Part shown: positions 25,979 through 34,505 of the stretch, in pieces
How positions within the stretch are numbered: the stretch's first letter is position 1
Layout of the letters: every line of letters starts with the position of its first letter
Origin: a virus
Direction: 5' to 3' (one strand)
DNA length: 64,000 bases
IMG/VR virus record: IMGVR_UViG_3300022744_000026
Location: 14,098 to 78,097 of that record
Notes under the pieces: model-generated
Told to the model about the DNA's origin: nothing
Database searches by the model: none
What the model saw: only the letters and a program-made list of their open reading frames with translations
Translations under genes and position numbers: made by a program

Positions 25979-28900
25979 ATGCTCATCCTGTTCGCCAAGT
26001 CCCAGCAGTCCCTGTTCGTCAACATCCCCGTGCACGTCAAGGGCACCGTCCGCAAGGACGGCACGCGGGTGGCGGACCACATGAGCATGCGGCGCAAGAA
26101 GCTGGAGCCGCACCAGGCGGCTGAGCACCACCAGGCAGGGCTGTTCGGGGACGCAGAGCACCACGCCGCGCCGGCTGGGCCGAAGCTGGGCGCCAAGCTG
26201 ACTAAGTTCCTGCAGCGCCACGGCGGCGCGGCCCGCATGGCGGACACGCTGGCGGGGTTCACGCCTGAGCAGCGCGCGAAGATGCTGGACATGATGGCGG
26301 TGCTGGGGGGTGTGTCGGCGAATGAGGTGCATCAGGCGCTGAGTGCGCATGGCGCAGATCAGCCCACTGGCCACACCGAGCCCACCAGCCCTGCCGAGCC
26401 CGACCTGTTCTCCCAACCCGCCGAGGCCAGCGCCCAGGCGCCCGCCGCACCCGCGGCCACCACCCCGGAGTCCACCCCCACCCATGTGCCCGAACCTGCG
26501 AAAGCTGCAGAAGAAACAAGCGCGGCGCCTGCGCCGAAAGCAGACCCTGAAGGCGGCGTCGTCAGCAATGGGACTGGTGCAGCGGCAGTAGCCGACCATG
26601 GCCCGCGCGACGGCGACCGCAATGCGGAAGGGTTGGTGTTCAAGGATGGCCGCTGGCACAGGGAGGAGCCCGCGGCCGAGCAACATGCACCAACCACGCC
26701 GGCCACCCCCGCCCTGACCACCTACACCACCGCCAAAGGCAAGACCCTAACCGGCGTGGTGCGCGCCGACCTGACCAAGGAGCAGGCGCAGGCGATCGAT
26801 CCGTACACGTTCCGGCACCAGGGCGGATGGTTCATCCGCGAGAAGCACCTGAGCGCAGCGCCGGCCACGTCAGCCGCGCCCGCCACCGATATCGCCACTG
26901 CGCCGGCTGCTGCCGCCCCCGCCGCACCTCCCGAACCAGCCCGCCCCTCCGGCGCCAAGCTCCGCACCGCCGGCCAAGCCCTGACCGAGAAGGCCGAAGC
27001 CGAAGCCAACCGCGACCGCAACACCAACACCGCGCGGCGCGCCCGCATGGCATCCAGCGCCGAGGCCGACGCCCGCGCGCAAGCCGCCATCGGCCGCACT
27101 ATGGTCAACCTCGCCGACGCCATCGACGCCGGCCAGGCTCACCACCTGAACGGTGTGACAAGCCGCGCGGCTGTCGAGACGCTGGACCTGATCCTGCGCC
27201 GGGCGATGCATGCGGCCGACCGCAATCTGAGCTACGCCGACTCGCAGGCTCGCAAGGGCCGCCCGCCCGAGCCCGACGACATCCGCGCTGCCGTGATGCC
27301 GACGATCACGCTGCACCCGAGCGTGGCCGCTGACCTGGCGAAGGCGCTGGCGGGCGTGAAGGGTGCGGCAAAGGTAGCAGGCCGGCTACACCGGAGTGCC
27401 ACGGATGGCGGATCTCTGGTGTGGCTGTCGCAGGATGACGCGCAAGAGCTTTCCGACAAGCTCAAGGCGGCCGGCAAGGAAAGCCTGGCCAAGTGGCACC
27501 TGGGCGAGCAACTGAGCACCGTGAAGCGCCTGGGCGCCATGGGCATCAAGACCGACGCCGACCTGCGCCTGGCGCTGGCCGAGTACGTCATGTACCGCGA
27601 CGGCCCGAAGGCTGCCGACCCGATCAAGGCGGCCGAGCGCGCCCTGGTGGGTCAGAAGGTTGGCGTGGACTTCTTCCCGACGCCGAAGGCGCTGGCCGGG
27701 CGCATGGCTGAGCTGGCGGGCGTGAAGCCGGGCATGTCGGTGCTGGAGCCGAGCGCCGGATCGGGCAACTTGGCCGACGCGGCGCGCGAGGCCGGCGGCG
27801 ATGTGCACGCGATCGAGGTGTCGGACCGGTTGCGCAACCTGCTGGGCGCGAAGGGGCACAAGCTGGTGGGGCGCGACTTCTTGGAGCATGCGGCGCCAGG
27901 GCAGTACGGCGCGGTCCTGATGAACCCGCCGTTCGGCAACCGCCAAGATGCAGCCCACATCATGCACGCCTGGGACATGGTGGCGCCCGGAGGCAAGCTG
28001 GTGGCGATCGCCGGTGAAGGCGTGTTCGGTGGCAGCGACCGCAAGGCCGTCGAGTTCCGCGAGTGGCTGGAGGAGCACGGCGCCGACGTCGAGAAGCTGC
28101 CGGAGAACACGTTCCGCGACGCCGGCCTGCTGGCGCAGACGGGAGCAAATGCGCGGCTGGTGGTGTTGACGAAGCCGGAGGCTACGGCGGCGGCGCAGGC
28201 TGACGCCGGGCCGCAGGAAGGCGAGCGCAACGCTGAGGGGCTGGTGTTCAGGGATGGGAGGTGGCATCGGGAGGAGGCTGAGCAGACCGCCGCGCCAGCC
28301 CCTGCCACCCCCGACCCCGCCATCACCCACGCCGAAGACAAAGCCGACCTCGCCGAGGAGTTGATGCGCAACCCGGAGTCGGAGCGGGCGAAGGAGTTGA
28401 TTCAGAGGGTGGCGGCTGGGCCGAAGGCTGTGGAGCCTGCCGCGCCCGACCCGCTGACGATGACTCCAAAGCAGTACCACGAGGCCAAGCTGCGCCAGAT
28501 GGCGGCGGGCAACGACATTGACTTGTCGGAGGTCCGTGAGATGTACGACACCGAAGCGGGCAAGAAGGCCAACGAACAAGAATGGGTCGACGGCATCATG
28601 TCGGCTGCGAAGGCTGGCAAGCCGTTGACTCGTGCTGCGCTGGACAAACTTCATGAGGCGAGGCCTGGGGCGGTTGGTCAGTTGGCCCACGACTATCCCG
28701 AGGCAAAAATTCCTTCTGGCTATCAAGTCCCTGACGCGCGCAAGTCAGAAGCAGATGAGCAAGCCGCTCGCGTGGCGAATCGGAAAGCCATCAAGCAGGA
28801 AAGCAAGGCTCGACGGGGTGGTGCACCCACCCCCGACGACCTCGACCCCACCAGCCCCAACTACCGCTACCGCGACACCGGCCAGATCGCCGGCAGCCGC

Positions 28901-30982
28901 AAGGAGCAGGCTGCAGCGCAGATCCGCGCCGCCGGCCGCACTGGTGCGCGCCTGCGGATGACGGACGTGGACTGGAACGAGATCGAGGCCAACCCGCGCG
29001 AGGCCGAGGAGTTGATCACCAAGTCGAACCTGTTCGGCAAGGTCGACTGGACCGGCCTGCGCGAGCAGGGCATGGAGCCGGGCGCGGGGTTCTTGTTGGA
29101 CCGCGTGTATGCCAGCGTGGGCACCGAGCCCAGCGAAGCCACGCCGCAGGCCCGCAAGGACTACGCCCTTGGCCTGGAGACGCTGCGCGACCGCATGGAG
29201 CGCTGCAAGACGCCGGACGAGGTTACCAAAGTCCTGAACGACATCCGTGAAGAAATTCAGGGTGTGATGATGTCGGCGGGTGAGTCTGAGGAGTATCAGG
29301 CTGCGGTCGCCGAGGCGCGTGCACTGGGGGACAAGGCGAAGGCGGCTGAAGAAGCCAAGAATGCGGTATACAAAGAGTGGAGCAACGCTCAGAGCGCCGC
29401 CAGCAGCGCGAAGTACGAGCAGGAGAAGCGCCAGCGCCGCGGCTGGAAGCCAGACCCTGAGCTTGACGCCAGGGTCACCAGCCTGACCAAGCTCACCGAG
29501 GACAAGCACGCAGCTTACATGGCGTACATCGCCGATCACCCCGAGCTAAGCGCCACCAAGCGCGACCACGGCGGCGGCTTCGTGTCCTATGACAACGACA
29601 TGGAGTGGGCTGCCAGGCAGGCATGGTCTCGCGTGGCCGCTGTGAAGGCTGCCGCCAAGTCGCGCAACCTGATCGAGAACCCCATGACTCGCGCATGGTC
29701 GCGCCTGGGCGAAAAGTTCCTGCGCGTCGTCCACTACCGCACCCACAAGGGCAGCGAGGCATTCCAAGGCCACGTTGCCAGCGCCAAGCTGGGCAAGGTG
29801 AAGGACTGGTCCTGGGCCGAGAAGGACACAGCAGCGCCGGCACCGCGCGCCAACAAGCGCGAGCAGGGATTCCAACTGGCCGTGGCCGAGAAGTTCGACC
29901 GCAAGGGCGGCCGGGCGGTGAAGGCCGACAGCAGCATGGGGCTGAAGTCGGCGTTCGGCCTGCGCGACGTGCAGTCAGGCAACTGGGTCTTGAATGACCC
30001 TGCGTCGGCCGCGTGGCACCACCAGAAGACCGCCGAGGCGTTCGCTGACCTGGCGGACCTGCTGGGTGTGCCCGACGCGCACGTGAGCGCGAATGGCCGA
30101 CTGGCGATCGCGTTCGGCGCGCGAGGCAAGGGCAATGCAGGGTTCGGTGGCGCAGCGCGGGCTCATTACGAGCCGGTGCAGCGCGTCATCAACCTGACGA
30201 AGATGGGCGGCGGCGGCGCCCTGGGCCACGAGTGGTTCCACGCCATCGACAACATGGCGAAGGAGGCCGAAGGCAGCGGCGCGGCGGGCGCTGGTGAGTT
30301 CGCCAGCGAGAACCCCAGCCTGCTGCCGCCGGGCGAGCTGCGCGACGCCTTCACGGCCCTGCGCGACGCCATCACCACGGGACCGCACCAGCACGCGCAG
30401 GAGGTGACCTACACCGACCGCGACGTGAAGCTGGCGCGCTACAACATCGACCACCAGACCTACGGCAGCAGCATCGCCAGGTCGATCAAGGTGGCAGGCG
30501 GCGCCGATGCCGCGGTGAAGGCCGTTGAGGACCACTTCTCCAGCCGCTACCCGAAGGGTCTGGACAAGAAGGCCACCAAGCAGCGAGACCAATGGGTGAC
30601 GCTGGCGGCTGCGTACCACGGCGGGCAAGAGGCCGGCGGGTCGGTGGTGGTGAAGCGTGGCCGCTCGATGAGCAGCTTCCAGCTTGAGGCGCAGAAGCTC
30701 GACGGCGGGCAAGCCGGCAAGTACTGGAGCGAGCACCGCGAGATGGCCGCGCGGGCGTTCCAGTCATGGTGCGAGGACCGGCTTGCGGCGCGCGGTCAGC
30801 AGAACGATTACCTGTCCGTCTACGCCGACAACAAGTACCACGTCGACCCGCTGTTCGGCCCGCAGTACCCGTACCCTGCCGGCGAGGAGCGCGAGCGCAT
30901 CAACGCGGCGTTTGATCGGGTGGCGGCGGCGATGCGCAAGAGTGGGACGCTGGCGAAAGCGTGGGGGTTGCAGGCTGCGTGA
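25979..30982 (+). CDS. Large polyvalent protein: N6-adenine methyltransferase plus LPD1-like/HExxH domain (DarA/DarB-like)
   Basis: FFPTP, VLEPSAGSG and MNPPF; LAIAFGARG, AHYEP...INLTK..G.GALGHEWFHAID and YWS...EM.ARAF. Confidence 0.85.
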   Translation: MLILFAKSQQSLFVNIPVHVKGTVRKDGTRVADHMSMRRKKLEPHQAAEHHQAGLFGDAEHHAAPAGPKLGAKLTKFLQRHGGAARMADTLAGFTPEQRAKMLDMMAVLGGVSANEVHQALSAHGADQPTGHTEPTSPAEPDLFSQPAEASAQAPAAPAATTPESTPTHVPEPAKAAEETSAAPAPKADPEGGVVSNGTGAAAVADHGPRDGDRNAEGLVFKDGRWHREEPAAEQHAPTTPATPALTTYTTAKGKTLTGVVRADLTKEQAQAIDPYTFRHQGGWFIREKHLSAAPATSAAPATDIATAPAAAAPAAPPEPARPSGAKLRTAGQALTEKAEAEANRDRNTNTARRARMASSAEADARAQAAIGRTMVNLADAIDAGQAHHLNGVTSRAAVETLDLILRRAMHAADRNLSYADSQARKGRPPEPDDIRAAVMPTITLHPSVAADLAKALAGVKGAAKVAGRLHRSATDGGSLVWLSQDDAQELSDKLKAAGKESLAKWHLGEQLSTVKRLGAMGIKTDADLRLALAEYVMYRDGPKAADPIKAAERALVGQKVGVDFFPTPKALAGRMAELAGVKPGMSVLEPSAGSGNLADAAREAGGDVHAIEVSDRLRNLLGAKGHKLVGRDFLEHAAPGQYGAVLMNPPFGNRQDAAHIMHAWDMVAPGGKLVAIAGEGVFGGSDRKAVEFREWLEEHGADVEKLPENTFRDAGLLAQTGANARLVVLTKPEATAAAQADAGPQEGERNAEGLVFRDGRWHREEAEQTAAPAPATPDPAITHAEDKADLAEELMRNPESERAKELIQRVAAGPKAVEPAAPDPLTMTPKQYHEAKLRQMAAGNDIDLSEVREMYDTEAGKKANEQEWVDGIMSAAKAGKPLTRAALDKLHEARPGAVGQLAHDYPEAKIPSGYQVPDARKSEADEQAARVANRKAIKQESKARRGGAPTPDDLDPTSPNYRYRDTGQIAGSRKEQAAAQIRAAGRTGARLRMTDVDWNEIEANPREAEELITKSNLFGKVDWTGLREQGMEPGAGFLLDRVYASVGTEPSEATPQARKDYALGLETLRDRMERCKTPDEVTKVLNDIREEIQGVMMSAGESEEYQAAVAEARALGDKAKAAEEAKNAVYKEWSNAQSAASSAKYEQEKRQRRGWKPDPELDARVTSLTKLTEDKHAAYMAYIADHPELSATKRDHGGGFVSYDNDMEWAARQAWSRVAAVKAAAKSRNLIENPMTRAWSRLGEKFLRVVHYRTHKGSEAFQGHVASAKLGKVKDWSWAEKDTAAPAPRANKREQGFQLAVAEKFDRKGGRAVKADSSMGLKSAFGLRDVQSGNWVLNDPASAAWHHQKTAEAFADLADLLGVPDAHVSANGRLAIAFGARGKGNAGFGGAARAHYEPVQRVINLTKMGGGGALGHEWFHAIDNMAKEAEGSGAAGAGEFASENPSLLPPGELRDAFTALRDAITTGPHQHAQEVTYTDRDVKLARYNIDHQTYGSSIARSIKVAGGADAAVKAVEDHFSSRYPKGLDKKATKQRDQWVTLAAAYHGGQEAGGSVVVKRGRSMSSFQLEAQKLDGGQAGKYWSEHREMAARAFQSWCEDRLAARGQQNDYLSVYADNKYHVDPLFGPQYPYPAGEERERINAAFDRVAAAMRKSGTLAKAWGLQAA

Positions 30983-31187
30983 CAGCCTCCAGCGCCGCCA
31001 TCATCCGCTCGAACTCTGCCACCAGCTCCAGCACTGCGCTGGCGCGCAGGCTGACCATCGCCGAGCCGCGCGCAGCGGCCCTGGCGGTGGATCTGCTGCG
31101 ACCCTGAAGCAGGCCCACGTCGAAGGCGCTCTCGATCTCCGCGCGGGCCTTGGCGCGCATGCGGATCAGGTCGGCGCGGGATGTCAT
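30900..31187 (-). CDS. Hypothetical protein
   Basis: ATGA-coupled to the upstream DfrB-like gene; its 3' end overlaps the convergent gene. Confidence 0.45.
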   Translation of the reverse strand: MTSRADLIRMRAKARAEIESAFDVGLLQGRSRSTARAAARGSAMVSLRASAVLELVAEFERMMAALEAVTQPATPTLSPASHSCASPPPPDQTPR

Positions 31188-31510
31188 GGGATGGGCCAGC
31201 CATCGCCGAAAAGCACCTCGATCATGTCCGCTGCCTGCAGCCTGGCAGCGCGCACATGATTCTCGCTGAGTCCGTGGGGGTTGCGCAGCGTGTGCAGCAG
31301 CGTTGCCTTGTCCATCGTAATCTCCGGCTCGCGCACCGCATGCAGCGCCTTCACCGGGTAAATCTGCACCGAGCCCGGGTGCGCGAAGCTCTCGACGGCG
31401 ACGCCTTCGCTGGTCAGGTTGGTGTTGTAGTTGCCGACGACGCGGCCGACCCAGTCGCTGCCGCTTGACTTTGAGACAAAGGTGCCAGGGTGGAATTTGG
31501 GGGTGGTCAT
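31184..31510 (-). CDS. dfrB: Type II (R67/DfrB) dihydrofolate reductase homologue with a C-terminal extension
   Basis: [51 protein letters not shown] aligns with the R67 core, including VQIY. Confidence 0.85.
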   Translation of the reverse strand: MTTPKFHPGTFVSKSSGSDWVGRVVGNYNTNLTSEGVAVESFAHPGSVQIYPVKALHAVREPEITMDKATLLHTLRNPHGLSENHVRAARLQAADMIEVLFGDGWPIP

Positions 31511-31523
31511 GGGGATCTGCTGG

Positions 31524-32180
31524 CTAAGCTGCGTGGGAGACTGCAGTTTTGGATTTGTCGTATTGCTCGACAGCCCACACCAGCGCAAAGCAGCACCACA
31601 TGAAGCTGTGCGTATAGCGCTTGAAAGCGTGTTCACTGTCAAAAATATCATCGAACTGGCATCTGGCGCTGCCATCGCGCCAACTGAAGTCGTAGGCCGC
31701 CACGGGGCCGCGATGCTCATCGTCGGAGTAATCCAGCACACTGCGGTCGACCGACTCCCATAGATCGCGCCGCTGGTCCTTGGTGGTGCTATACCAGTTG
31801 TCGCGCACCCATTCTCGGCGGTGTCGGCGGATCTCGTCAGCAAAGCCATCGGGGTCGTACTCGCGGGCGCCGCCGCGTTCTGACGCCTTGAGCTTTTCGG
31901 CCCAGTACCGCAGATCGATGCGGTACTTCCGCTCGCCGGCCGGTCGGCGGAAGAATTCGAGCATGTCATGCGTGCGCTCGAACACGAAGTCACCCATATC
32001 TCCGCGGTACAGCAGTCCACCAGGGTAGGTGATCAGGTGAAAGCTGTATGGTGTGCCACCGTCCGCATGACCGAACCGAAGATGGCGGTACACGCCAGCA
32101 TCGTGCAGGACTGTCATTTGGTGGTCGTAGGTGTCTCTCCGAAAGTTGGTCAGGACCTTGTCGTATCTGTCTTGCTTCAT
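31524..32180 (-). CDS. Conserved hypothetical phage protein
   Basis: [14 protein letters not shown]...F.LIT.PG.L...GDMG.FVF...YWAEKL pattern. Confidence 0.75.
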   Translation of the reverse strand: MKQDRYDKVLTNFRRDTYDHQMTVLHDAGVYRHLRFGHADGGTPYSFHLITYPGGLLYRGDMGDFVFERTHDMLEFFRRPAGERKYRIDLRYWAEKLKASERGGAREYDPDGFADEIRRHRREWVRDNWYSTTKDQRRDLWESVDRSVLDYSDDEHRGPVAAYDFSWRDGSARCQFDDIFDSEHAFKRYTHSFMWCCFALVWAVEQYDKSKTAVSHAA

Positions 32181-32533
32181 GGTGTCGGTGTTGTGAGGTA
32201 GGTAGTGGCTCGGTATGGATCGGGCGTCAAATGCGCCCGCGTGGTGTAGCTCAGCCAGCCGTTGACCGAGTGCATGGGGATGTCGTAGCCGGCCGCCAGC
32301 ATGGCAGCGTGCACGGCGTTCGGCGGCATCCTGGCGCCGAGCCGGCGCACCTCCAGCACGACGGCGTCGGGGAACTTGACGGCAGGATGCGCGCCAGCGG
32401 CGCGAACCTTGGGGCCGTGCACCACAGTGGGCTTGCGTGGCGCCTTGGGCTCGGAGAGTGCTTCCGATAGGCTCGGGCGGATCTCGGGTAGGGCGCGGAA
32501 CTGGCGGTGGGTGCCTTGAGGGGAGCGGCTCAT
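32177..32533 (-). CDS. Hypothetical protein, possible HTH
   Basis: ATGA coupling; HP.VK....VLEVR pattern. Confidence 0.55.
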   Translation of the reverse strand: MSRSPQGTHRQFRALPEIRPSLSEALSEPKAPRKPTVVHGPKVRAAGAHPAVKFPDAVVLEVRRLGARMPPNAVHAAMLAAGYDIPMHSVNGWLSYTTRAHLTPDPYRATTYLTTPTP

Positions 32534-32853
32534 GGCATCGCTGCGCCGATCTCGGCGGCGGCGCGGAGGATGGCGAGGCGGGTAGCGGCCGTTGGGTCGT
32601 TGCCGTGGTCTTCCGTCAGGTTGTCTCCAGAGTCAGGCCCGGTTCGATAGCCGACCATCACATGCGGCGGGTAGCTCGTGTTGATCCACTGCGTGACGCA
32701 CATGCTGAGCCTCACCGCCAGCCGCAGCGCGTCGCCGTCATCGTCGCGTGGGTTCCACCCAGCGCGCGGCAAGTCGGACGCACATTCGAACTCCTCGGAC
32801 CAGTACCCCGCAGCCTTCGCAGCCAAATCCAGCATCTCCCGCTCAGTCCTCAT
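32530..32853 (-). CDS. Conserved hypothetical phage protein
   Basis: REMLDLAAKAAG, WNP..DDGDALRLAV.L and ATRLAILRAAAEIG; GGAGG ribosome-binding site. Confidence 0.75.
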   Translation of the reverse strand: MRTEREMLDLAAKAAGYWSEEFECASDLPRAGWNPRDDDGDALRLAVRLSMCVTQWINTSYPPHVMVGYRTGPDSGDNLTEDHGNDPTAATRLAILRAAAEIGAAMP

Positions 32854-33029
32854 TTCCTACCTCCAGTCACCCGCACATTCACCACCCGCACCACCAGTCC
32901 CGCCAAGATGCAGGCATAGAAGTACAGCGTTCCCAGCGCCTTGTTGCCGAACAGGCTGGCGCCGCCAAACATCACTGCCAGCACGAGGGCGCCGGCCACC
33001 AGTTGGTCAGTCCGGCGCATTGCCTTCAT
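32850..33029 (-). CDS. Small membrane protein
   Basis: Two hydrophobic segments; ATGA coupling. Confidence 0.45.
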   Translation of the reverse strand: MKAMRRTDQLVAGALVLAVMFGGASLFGNKALGTLYFYACILAGLVVRVVNVRVTGGRK

Positions 33030-33248
33030 CCTGCGGCTCGTAGCCGTCTTCGTCCTTCGGATCGGGGTCCATGTGTGCCTCCATGTTGTGTGGGTGCAGT
33101 GTAGCGATTTTGATGATGTTGTGCGGCTTGTTACAAGTTGACGCAAGGCCGGTAATGGCTGGCAGGGGCAGAACTGACCCCGGTTAGACACTCGGTAATT
33201 TGAAAACGGCCCGTCTACACTAGGCGTTTTCAATTGCTGCGCTGCACC

Positions 33249-33450
33249 ATTACCGGATTACCAGTTACCCGCACAAGACATATAGAAAGACACATAGAAC
33301 ATTCACTACATTCATTCATATTGTAGTTAGTGAATGAATATATAAATCTCTCATAGTATCTAGTATTATGGTAATAATGGTAATTTGGTATTGGTATAGA
33401 AGAAAAGACAATGAAATCAACAACTTAGCGAATTACCGGCAACCTAACCA
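33249..33450. repeat. AT-rich origin-like element, copy 2
   Basis: Co-linear with 7575-7760: AAGACATATAGA, CATTCATTCA, GTGAATGAATATAT, TCTCTCATAGT, ATGGTAATA and ATCAACAACTTAGCG. Confidence 0.75.
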
Positions 33451-33538
33451 AGCCTAACCGACGTTCCGCACCACAACCGGCGGAAAGCTGCTACAGTGCG
33501 GGCTGTGCACGGCGAGCTGCACTGGTGCTGAAAGCGGG

Positions 33539-33667
33539 TACACTGCATCGGTCGACTTTGGTTGACCCGGCGTGACACCCGGAAATTTGGATGTAAACAA
33601 GGGCTGATGCTCTGCGGGTAGGCTTACCAAAGCCTGTGTCACACCTGCTGAGCGTCAGTCCTTTTTT
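33539..33667 (+). promoter_or_regulatory. Structured leader or antisense-type attenuator upstream of the antirepressor
   Basis: TACACT -10-like hexamer; two small hairpins with loops complementary to sites inside a downstream stem that ends in T6. Confidence 0.6.
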
Positions 33668-33678
33668 GCTTTTGCACT

Positions 33679-34470
33679 ATGAACAACCTTATCCCTTTTG
33701 AGTTCGACGGCGCTGCCGTGCGTGTTGTGACTGGAGGCGACGGCGAACACCAGTTCGTCGCGTCCGATGTCCTTGGTGTTCTCGCTCTTGACCGCAAAGC
33801 GCTGGAACGCCTGGATGACGATGAGAAGGGTGTGAGTTCAATTCACACCCCTGGTGGCCACCAGCAGATGACCACCATCAACGAGTCCGGCCTCTACAGC
33901 CTGATCCTCGGCAGCCGCAAGCCCGAAGCCAAGCGGTTCAAGAAGTGGGTCACCAGCGAGGTGCTGCCGGCCATCCGCAAGACCGGCGTCTACGCCACGC
34001 CGGCCGCCGCTGCGCCGACCGGTGATGATCTAAAGCTGTCGCTGCTTGAGTCCGCCGTGCGTCGCGGTCTGGTGAGCGCCCCGGCTGCGGAGATTGCCGC
34101 CCTGCGGATCATTGGCGTGGAGCCCGAGCCTGCGGTGCCAGCCGCCATCCTGCCGAGGATCGAGTCTTCGGACGTTCGTGTGGTGCCGTCTCCGCGCAAG
34201 CCGCGCGCACCGGCCGCGCCGAAGCCGAAGATCCAGCTCACGGCGAGTGTTTACGGCAGGATGCACTGGCCAGATGCGGCGCTGCGCGTTGAGTTGCACC
34301 AAGCGGAGGAGTGGTTGACGCAGAGTGAAAGCACGCTCTTGGCCGCAATGAAGGAGCGTGGCTATCTGGACGGCGAATTCGAGCCGACGCCAAAGGCCAA
34401 GAATCTGCGCGACAAGTACGGTTGGAAGCTGAGGGCGCTGCTCGGCGCGCTGGGCGTCTCGGCGTACTGA
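33679..34470 (+). CDS. Bro-N domain antirepressor-like protein
   Basis: FEFDG..VRVV...FVASDV...LDDDEKG...TPGG.Q.M..INESGLYSLIL.SRKPEAKRFKKWVTSEVLPAIRKTG. Confidence 0.92.
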   Translation: MNNLIPFEFDGAAVRVVTGGDGEHQFVASDVLGVLALDRKALERLDDDEKGVSSIHTPGGHQQMTTINESGLYSLILGSRKPEAKRFKKWVTSEVLPAIRKTGVYATPAAAAPTGDDLKLSLLESAVRRGLVSAPAAEIAALRIIGVEPEPAVPAAILPRIESSDVRVVPSPRKPRAPAAPKPKIQLTASVYGRMHWPDAALRVELHQAEEWLTQSESTLLAAMKERGYLDGEFEPTPKAKNLRDKYGWKLRALLGALGVSAY

Positions 34471-34485
34471 TGCCGCTAATGCCAT

Positions 34486-34499
34486 CGTGACCCCATCAT
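34486..34499 (+). promoter_or_regulatory. Putative late promoter CGTGAC-CC-CATCAT
   Basis: ATG 34506 follows 6 nt later. Confidence 0.75.
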
Positions 34500-34505
34500 G
34501 GCGCG

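Noticed and set aside
31511-32020. N-terminal 170 aa of the 278-aa ORF 31184-32020
   Set aside because: Overlaps the real gene 31524-32180 in another frame; the DfrB-like gene most likely starts at 31510.
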